DNA of 57,364 bases, filler included, from Sphacelaria rigidula (Eukaryota): NCBI GenBank assembly GCA_964200075.2. It is 4 parts of 4 records of this genome, joined end to end, with 100 filler letters (N's around TTAATTAATTAA, not from the genome) between each part and the next. Parts side by side here need not be neighbours in the genome. Positions count along the whole stretch, not along the records: positions 43,100 to 57,364 come from CAXNAA020002351.1; 3 more parts are not named here. One strand, given 5' to 3'. The notes under the pieces are model-generated. The model was not told the origin of the DNA. It saw only the letters and a list, made by a program, of their open reading frames with translations, and did not search any database. A program made the translations under genes and the position numbers. Of the stretch, positions 48,901 to 57,364 are shown piece after piece. How positions within the stretch are numbered: the stretch's first letter is position 1; each line of letters begins with the position of its first letter.

Positions 48901-51900
48901 ACTGATACGATCGTTACGGGCTTCTGGCGCCTGTTTCACGGGCAGGAGGTCCATCGACCAAAGGCTGTTTTAGTCATGTGAGTAGTGCAGTCTATAGCGC
49001 CGGGGGATTGCTGGGTCATGCGACGTGAGAGTCGTGCGACGTGAGGGTCGTGCGCAGAAAGTGAGCGCGTTTCCACTGGTGCCCCTTTTGTCGTGCCTAA
49101 AGAGCTAGGGTGGACGATCGGTGCGCCAGCTGTAGTCCAGTTATTTGGTCCGAGCCCGGCGAGGCGCATATCGTACACGAAAGCGTTGATCAACTGCGTT
49201 GAGTATACTACCCGTGTCGAATACCACGCCCCGGTGCGACACTGCAGGCTCCTGGGGTGCACAAACACGTCTGCCGCGGGGGATACGGTGATATGGTGTA
49301 TGCCATCATACCCCGCGGCACCGCACGAGTAATCTTCTCTCGAGTCTGACAGGGTGTAAGTAAGGCCCGTGGATCTAGTGTAACGATGGACATACACCGT
49401 GAACCTGTAGGGCGCCTGTGTCATGGCGAGAGCGTATCTACTATGGCATTGATTAGTTTGTTTGAATAAATTGATACTCTCTGTGTCACTTGTCGGCTGG
49501 GAATCCAGCCGTGATCACATGGTCGACGTATCCAAGATGGACAAAATGGAGAGCACTCGCCCAAGGAAATGCTTCAAAAAGTCGTGGAAAACAAAGAAAT
49601 CAAGGATGAGCACAGAAATTGAGAAAAGAAAGGAAAGAAGAAGAGAGGGAAACAGAAAACCGAGAAAATCGTACCCCAAGATCTAGTACCGGTCCTGAGG
49701 AGAAAACAAATGTTGAAAAGCCCCATCCGCATGGCTTCAAAGTAACGAGACCCTACAAGAAAAAAGAAGGGAGGAAGCAGAAGATATTCGGACAATAATA
49801 AAGAGGAAGAACACAGAAACAAAGCAGGAGATTAACGATACACAGCTGGAGAACGTCGCTGAAGTTGCGAGTCTTGGAGATAAAATGTATACTGCCGATA
49901 GAGCAAGACAGAATAATCAGTTCCCGCACCCCCCCCCCCCCCGTCAGTGGCAAAAGGAGGCCGCTCTCTCGACCATTTCCATCTTGGATTCCTGGCGGAC
50001 TGTTGCCGCTATTGTTTTGTAGACAGTGACGGTTCTGCTTGTGGCGGCTCTCAACACAGCGTAGTAGTGTTGGTGCTATTGTAGGAACAGAGAGGAACGA
50101 CGCCGCGCCCTTCTAATCTTATGGTACGTCAATGGCTAGTTTGTACGATTTCACGGATTCAAATCCCAAAGGATATGGTGTGACGCACATTGGATCTTTC
50201 CGGCACCCGTCTCATGGCGAGAGCACATCTGCCAAAAGTTGTATTGGTACTGTTCCAGAAGCGGGAATGCTACCGCGCCCCGATATAAAACTGGCTTACA
50301 CAAACCGTTCGTTTGGACAAGCTTTTGTGTGTGCGAATCCCGACATACATTATTAGAATCCTTTTTTTGTGTCTCATCAGGATGTGGTTTTCGTCACCGA
50401 ACGCATGTGGACGTGAGTGGACGTGAAAATTGAAGGAAGGGCAACGTGCGATGCGTGTGCGGATTCAGTTCTCGACAAGGAATTGTCAGGCAGGCACACC
50501 GTCCGCCCGCACACTCACCTCCCTCCCACCCTCCGTTATTTCATCGTTCAATAATACCAGGGGAGACATGAGTCGATCCCCTGAATGTACGGATTCATAC
50601 TCAGGAAGGAGGGGGATTGGGAAGACGGTGCTGGATGGGAAAACGGGGAAAGATAAGGACGCCGTCGTTGTTTTGACTCTGCATCAGCAGATCAACATGC
50701 ATCTGTTGTGTTGGTCTGGTTGCCGCCCGCGAATATTCCACTTCATGGACCGTAGTGTGATGTTGCCCGCGGAGACCAAGACATGCAACCGCCATCTTTT
50801 TACAGTCCGTTTATTTATTTATTTTCCCACCCCCCCTACCGTCAACACCCACTTGCCCGCCGTTGCTTTGCCACCCCCTGCGCACACCCCCCCCCCCCCC
50901 CCCCCCCCCCCCCCCGCTCGTGCCGTGCCGAACCCGTCCTCCCCCCCCCCCCCCCCCCTCCTCTATCATTCTCCCGTGGAATCCGATCAGTCGGCATTGG
51001 GCTCTCTGCGCTCTGGACAGACGAAGCACGCGACTCATGCGCAAAACCGTCACGATGGCTCGGGTGAGCTTTGCACTTTCGTGGCGTATTGATTTTGTAA
51101 AAAAAAGGCTAGAGAGCGGGGAGCCACAGTCGACCCGTGCCACTGGCAGGCGTAACCGTCGTGACTTCACGGAACCGTGACTGGTCGCCCCGCAAAACGC
51201 TCGGGGCCCACATCACTCTTCAACTCTCCTCTAGCCCAGTGACAAAGAATCACGTAATTTTTGTCGCACGTGACTCACCTTATCTCACACAACGGAACGC
51301 GTTTGACCACAAAACATCACTGACTTATTTCCCGCAGGCGAGCGCGCCAGTTTTTTTGCGTGCTCGGTCTTGAGAATATGTTGTTCAGCACGCTATCGTT
51401 TTCTAGGACACTTGTTGGGAACAAGATCGCAAAAAACATGGGGGACCCACCTGATGGATACAGTGCAGTGCTGCCTGCGACTATCACGTTCCGTTCACAT
51501 GCTTATTTACTATCGCCGTAACTGCCTGTCTACTGCGGCTCTCCTGCTTGTATTGTTGCAACATGCTAGGCCCTGCGCATCAATGTTGGAGAAATTCTGA
51601 ACGACTACAGCATCTACGCCATGTTTCATGAGCTGCTGAGGGAAGCTGGTGAGATATGAACGGCCGTAACACTTGAGATCTGCTGTATCCCCTCTCCGTC
51701 GCTGGTGGTCAGATACCAATCACTCCATTCATTTTCGTGTCCTCTCGATTTTCAAAGAAGGATCGGACTTGTGTCTTTGTGTAGTAGCTCTTGGTTTCTC
51801 GTAGCGGTAAATATCGTGAAGGGCGCGAAGTTGCATGCGTTAAAATCTGAAGTCGTCTCACCGTACTGTACCGTACCGGCGTCTGTTGGTGTCTGAGCTA

Positions 51901-52782
51901 CCCGTTTCAATTCCATGCAATGCTCATCATGCAACCACCATTTGGTCTTACGCTTCGCCAGCACACTATTACTAGACCTTCTGTTCCTCCCCTCCAAAAC
52001 TAATTGCGCGTGCTTTGGGCAGCCGCCGCGTTGCCCTCCATATCATGCGTTCATGTGTTTATGTGCGTTGTTGCGCATGCAGAGGGAGCAGCATCACTTG
52101 AGAACCTCTTATTTGGCGTGAGGCTATTGATAGCGTTCTTATTTTTCTGCGTGGGCTGCCAACAGCCACTACATTGATTTTAGTGCGGGGTTCTTGATTC
52201 AGGTATCACAATTTCATGCCCAACCTCTTATATTTTGAAAAACTTCACACCTTGGACAATATATGGTCAATAGTTGCAATAGACAAGAAACGTACTGCAT
52301 AAAGTATAGGCCTATTGCGGCTATTGTCGGCCGGTAATAGTTGCAATAGGCTCATACTTTATGCAGTACACTTCTCGTCTATTAAATATATTGACCATAT
52401 ATTGTCCAGGGTGTGAAAAACTTGAGGCTCGATTTTCGTGCTCGAGTTCTCATATTTTCAACATCTTTTGAGGCTCAAGTTCTCAACCAAGTTCTCAAGT
52501 GGTGGTGCTATCTATATGTGTCTTGGCGACGCAGAAGCTGGGCAACCTGTGACCCCTGCCCGCAAACAGCCTTTCGAGCACCGAGTGGAAGCCCCGGCGT
52601 ACATCCGAGAGTTATCTTCCAAGGTAGCCGCGGTGTCGATGCGAGTAGTGGTGAGGGGGCAGAGCTGCTTCTTGCACAACGATATGTGTCGGAAGCTGTT
52701 CTTGAGCTCCGAGGAGGCCAACGCGATGTATGCGGAAAACAGACAGGTACGGCCGAGTCGATTTTTTCATTTGTTCACATAT

Positions 52783-52819
<37 letters not shown>

Positions 52820-54379
52820 GGTCAATGTTGGGACTCGGGGATGGTGCTGTTACACTAATGCAAGGGGATGTATATGCCGCGTGAATGAGGAACCAACGTT
52901 TGCCGTCGACAATAGCCTTCAGGTAGATGTATGAACCAACCCCAACAGTTGATCGGTGACAATAGTCACGCATCCTCTCTCGCTTTACTCTGGAGGCGTG
53001 TCGGCGTGTCTGTCCTCTCCGAGCCAACGTCTTGCCTTTCAGGTCCGCCATGCCCGCGAAGCAGTGAAACCGCAGAATGTGGCTGGTCGCACACACACGG
53101 ACTTCGTGCGGAGGGCACGTTCTAGAACTTTCCTAGAGTTTCGTATTTCCGGTCCCCTAAACAACGGACACGAGGATCATTCCCACGACGACCAGCTGCT
53201 AGCTGTTGGTTATCAAGGACACAGTCATTCTCTCCGGGATCATTAACCTGTTTGTGCTTCGCCCCTACATCCACGAACCCAAACTCTACCAGTAGAACAC
53301 CGACACAGCGCCCGCACTACTGTAGCCAGTCTTCTGAGGGAACACGTTCTCATTTTCCGTGTTTGTATCCTGTGTAATTTTTTTTGTGTGCATGATCATA
53401 TTGCCCTATGATAACATGGCGGCTGTAGAGGACGAGAAAAATGTACTCCCTTCAGTGCCTCGTTCTCCTGTTTTGCACCTCGCCCTGCAATCTCGTGTTA
53501 CTTGTTCCTCGCCTTGCCCCTTTCCCCCCCCCTTCGTCTCTCTCTCGCCCTATCTCTTTCTCTTGGTCTCTTGGCCTCCGTGGTCTCCTTGTTATTCCCG
53601 CTCGCTCGGGCGGGCCGTAATTTTTCTGAACCCATGTTCCCTTTGATTGCTTTGCTGCCCTAGCAGGATGTTTGGGCGAGCTGCATACATCCCGATGACC
53701 ACAAAACGTTCTTCGAGTCCCTTGCTCTGCAGCTGTTTCACGTGCCGGGGCATTTCAGTGAATCAACGCAAATTTTAAAGGTGAAGGAACAAGTAGCGTG
53801 CAAAAAGAGTAAGTTGTCTGGCAGGTCAAGGGCATCGCTGGCGGTCGCTTCGGTGGCGGGGGTGATGTCAGTGTCCCACCAGTAGTCAGTGTTGTGTGGC
53901 AAACACCGCAGCGACTGACAGATATCGTTCGTTTGTTGTTGGAGCCACGCCTAGCCTATTTCCTGTTCCCTCCTTCGCTTATTAAACCTGCAAGTTATTG
54001 TAACATGCCTGTGCGCAACCAAGGGCACGAAAGATTAACCATTGCAACTCTGACTGCTGGCACACCCAACGCTATGTTTCCTGCTATTGCTGTCGTTCAT
54101 CGTGTCCACGCACGGTAACAACGGCCACGACGACTTCAACCATGACTCCAACAACGACGACAACGACAACAACACCGTTAACAATGACAGTGTCGCGACA
54201 GGCTGAGGGTACCGTTCCTCGCATTGGTCCACTTCCGTTACGAGTTTCAAGACGGCGGAAACTACGCGGCGTTTGGCCTCAGCATGCACCCGCTACCCTC
54301 TTCCCCATACCTCCAACTCGACGCGCCCCGCGATAACAACGACGGCTACCCCACGCCTCACGACAGCAGCAGCAGTAGC

Positions 54380-54420
<41 letters not shown>

Positions 54421-56976
54421 CGGGCACGCTATCCTGCCACCGCCTCCGCTGCCCATGATGGCCCAGATGGGTGTCGCGATCGGCGGGGTCGGGGCGTCAG
54501 GCACAGGAGCGAGCGGAAGCTTGCCCGTCGCTGCAGTCTTGGGCCTGGGAGGAGGCGGGGTGGTGGACATGGGGGGGCTTGGCGGTGGAGCGTCGGCGGC
54601 GATGACGGGAGAGGCGGTGTCCGAAGGAGTGAATTTCACATCAGACTGGCAGGTGCCATCGTCGTCGTCGACGACGACTCCCATGGTTTTGCCACCGCTC
54701 GACATGATCGATGGTGGCCAGCGGCGTGCTACTACTTCTGCGGCGGGGGGGGGGGCTTGTCGCCGTTACGGCTCCAACAACAGCTGCAGCGGCAGGGACA
54801 GCAACAGGGCCAGCAAAAATCGCAGTCGTCGATAGGTGCCGAAATGTGGGAGCCGTGCCCGTCCCTCTCGATTCCTCACCCGCCCTTCCTTAACCCCAGC
54901 AGCAGTAACGATGACGCTAACAGCAACATCAACAGCGACAAGGCTTCAAGCGGATTTCAGCGGCAGCACCACCAGCAACAGGAACAGTATCGGTCGCGGC
55001 TTGGCGGAAGTCCCCATCAGAGTCTGAGGCCGCCGGCCGGGATGGGCGTGGGAGGCCCAGAAGAGGCGGCAGGAGGAGGAGGAGGAGGACGGATAGGCTT
55101 GGGAACCCATTCCTGTTCAAGTTCGAGCGGGGAGTTTGAGGCGACCAGGAACGGTGGTGCCAGCAATAATGGCGGGGAGAGCAGCGGAGGCGGCGAAAGA
55201 GGCGGCGGCGGTGTGAGTATGATGGAGATGGGGTCCGAGCGATATCATGGTTGTGGCGCAGGCGTTGGCGGCAGTGGAGGCGGCGGTAGAATTTGGGAGG
55301 GAGCGAGGCGGAGCGGGACGGGGCGAAGCTTTTTTGACTTTGCAGCATTCACGCGTGCTGAGAAAAGGAGTGCAGCTCAGCAGCAGGAGCTCATGGTAGG
55401 CTATGTGCTTGTGTATACAAACGCACATATATATTGTGGAATATATATACTGTATATATTCCACACCCCGGACAATGTGGATAGTATGTGGTCAACAATT
55501 GCAATTTGCCTACCCTTTACGCAGTACATTTTTCGTCTATTGCAACCGTTGACCATGTATACTGTCCTGAGTGTGATATATCCATGCGTACAAAGTTCTC
55601 CTGCAACTGGTGCGCTGCTTATGCATGGCCCCAGAACCTCGTGCGGCTAGTGCCTCCTGCATGTTTTTACGAAAAAAGACCTCGTTGCGGAATCCACGGC
55701 CGCCAAGCTGCTTGTGGGAAAAGTGTCGCTCAACATCTGTTGCGACCGCCAATCTGTGTGTGTGTGTTTTGCCGTCCCATCTATTCTGGACGCCAGTCTA
55801 CATTTTTCGGTATATGTGGGCGCATCAGGCGGGGTCACACAGGAGGATCAACACAGGAGTTTTTCTTTTTTGTTTGTTTTTAGTACCCCACCTTCCTTCT
55901 GCGGTGCTTGCCTTTCTTTTTTATCGCGAGAGGGGTCCAGCGGTCCCTTTCCCTCGTCGACTGTCAAGTCGAATTTTGTGTACCCACGACATTGTCGCTC
56001 TCCACTGTTGGGCATGATGTGAGAAACATCCGCGATTACTCCGAGAATTGAACCCACCACCCAACCGTCAGGAGGTTCCGAGGTTACCAACTGAGCCACC
56101 AGGGCGACCGGTTCCGTGAACCTATTAATAGTGTGTGTCGTCGTCCCATCTATTCTGGACGCCGGTCTACACCTTTCGGTATATGTGGGTGCACCAGCCG
56201 GGGTCACACAGGAGGAAGGCCAACACAGGAATTTCAATATTTTTTGCTTGTACTTCTTCACCTTTCTTCTGCGGTGCTTGCCTTTGTTTTTTTATCGCAA
56301 GAGGGGTTCAGCAGTCCCTTTCCCTCGTCGACCATGAAGTCAAATTTTGTGTACCCCCATCATGGTCGCTCTCCACTGTTGGGCATTGTGTGAGAAAAAA
56401 TCCCAGATTGCTCCGAGATTCCAACCCACGACCCAACCGTCAGAAGGTTTCGAGGTTACCAACTGAGCCACCGGGGCGACCGGCTTCGGGTGGAGTTACC
56501 TATTTGTAATCCGAGAACGTATTATGCAGACCCGTGTTATTTCGAAAACAGCTCCTTTGTTCATATCGTTCCACACCCTGGACAATATAAGGTCAATAGA
56601 TGCAATAGACGAGAAGTGTACTGCATAAAGTATAGGTCTATTGCAACTATTGCCGGCCGACAGAAGCCGCAATAGGCCTATACTCTATGCAGGACGTTTC
56701 TTGTCTATTGCATCTATTGACCTTATATTGTCCAGGGTGTGTATCGTTCCGTCACTTTTCGAAGGTCAAGTTCATCTCATTTTTGTGATGTATATGTTTT
56801 TGCGTGTGTGTTCTTGCCGCGCATATGTTTTTGCGTGTCGGTCGTTCTCTTTTCTTGTGTTTTCCTCTCTGGCCTTCTGTCACATCCAAAACCCGCAGGA
56901 TGAGCAGCCGCAGCAGCAGCCGCCCGGTGTGCCTTCGGCTGTCGAGAAAATGACGCATCAACGGGACAAAACTTGA
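45935..56976 (+). CDS. Zn(II)2Cys6 (GAL4-type) transcription factor with C-terminal PAS-like domain
   Basis: A large first exon (start uncertain, to 48260) holds RTCVNCRKSKVKCSRGSPCVRCRRLKLTC (Cx2Cx6Cx5Cx2Cx6C). Further GT-AG exons in phase: 48744-48879 (tentative), 50991-51063 (RHWALCALDRRSTRLMRK), 51570-51648, 52535-52746 (FLHNDMCRKLF), 53667-53780 (WASCIHPDDHKTFF), 54191-55395 (CRDRLRVPFLALVHFRYEF; needs a frameshift correction at G-run 54745-54755), 56899-56976. Confidence 0.8.
52246..52415. mobile_element. Palindromic MITE, CACACC...GGTGTG termini, 8-bp TSD (hAT/P-like)
   Basis: TIR CACACC(T/C)TGGACAATAT; TSD AAAAACTT on both sides; nearly the whole element folds back. Confidence 0.9.
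55462..55575. mobile_element. Older, internally deleted copy of the same MITE
   Basis: CACACCCCGGACAAT...TGTCCTGAGTGTG; flanks ATATATTC/ATATATCC. Confidence 0.75.
55752..56110 (-). mobile_element. tRNA-derived SINE
   Basis: Minus-strand head CCGGTCGCCCTGGTGGCTCAGTTGG (A box)...GGGTTCAATTCTC (B box); (CA)n tail. Confidence 0.85.
56130..56485 (-). mobile_element. tRNA-derived SINE (tandem second copy)
   Basis: Head CCGGTCGCCCCGGTGGCTCAGTTGG...GGGTTGGAATCTC; colinear with the 55752 copy. Confidence 0.85.
56572..56741. mobile_element. Palindromic MITE (third copy) with perfect 8-bp TSD
   Basis: CACACCCTGGACAATATAAGGTCAATAG...CTATTGACCTTATATTGTCCAGGGTGTG; TSD TATCGTTC on both sides. Confidence 0.92.
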
Positions 56977-57364
56977 CACCTTTGAAAGGTCGAACCCCCG
57001 CCAAACGATTCGAAACGGTCCTTTTGCTGCGTATCGGAAGCGTATCGCCAAACGCCGCGTTTTCATGAGATTGTCTGGAAAAAAAGGAAGACGAAAAATC
57101 AACGGGCACGTGTTTTTCGGTGGGAGCATGATCAAATCGTGAGATTCGGGTTGGATAGCGGTTGAATGAACCTCTTCCGACGCGTGCAAAAGGAAGAAGA
57201 CGAGTTTCGAATACCTGGTTTGGGGTAGACATTTGAGCAGAATGTTTGTCTTATTTTGTTTTTTGGTTGGCATCCACGAGCGCGATTGTTGCAACACACT
57301 ACCGGAGATCGCGTGTCGGGGGGGCGGGGGGGGGGGCGTACTCATTTGTTGCTTGCTTTAGTGG

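Noticed and set aside
50430-51092. 220-aa proline-rich ORF
   Set aside because: Produced by intronic poly-C tracts; only 50991-51063, in another frame, behaves as an exon.
52782-52818. (TTG)n run giving poly-Leu/Val/Asn ORFs
   Set aside because: Intronic microsatellite just after the 52746 donor.
56405-56485. tRNA gene (also 56035-56110, 11336-11400)
   Set aside because: A/B boxes are present but the cloverleaf is degenerate and each copy is fused to the same ~280-bp body and CA tail, so these are SINE heads.

Overview
Eukaryotic, intron-rich and repeat-rich DNA, most consistent with a brown alga (Phaeophyceae, Ectocarpus-like; inferred from gene style and repeat content). It consists of four contigs joined by artificial 100-bp N/TTAATTAATTAA/N spacers (14268-14367, 28635-28734, 43000-43099). 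Three spliced host genes can be rebuilt by hand: (1) the PPR half of a protein-only RNase P (PRORP) on the minus strand; (2) a HAD-superfamily phosphatase on the plus strand, head-to-head with PRORP; (3) an ~11-kb gene for a transcription factor that joins a fungal-type Zn(II)2Cys6 cluster to a C-terminal PAS-like domain. The rest is mobile DNA: a decayed chromodomain-bearing Ty3/Gypsy element nested in the gag of a decayed Ty1/Copia element, tRNA-headed SINEs, several MITE or TIR families, a Harbinger-like remnant and piggyBac-like ends. Three candidates stand out. The first is a ~3.4-kb intronless, frameshifted fossil next to the Copia 3' LTR with SDD-type polymerase motifs, possibly an endogenous negative-strand RNA virus L gene. 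The second is the Zn2Cys6-PAS architecture. The third is a structured ~250-nt repeat lying near splice acceptors in successive PRORP introns. All homology calls come from motif recognition by eye; no searches were run.
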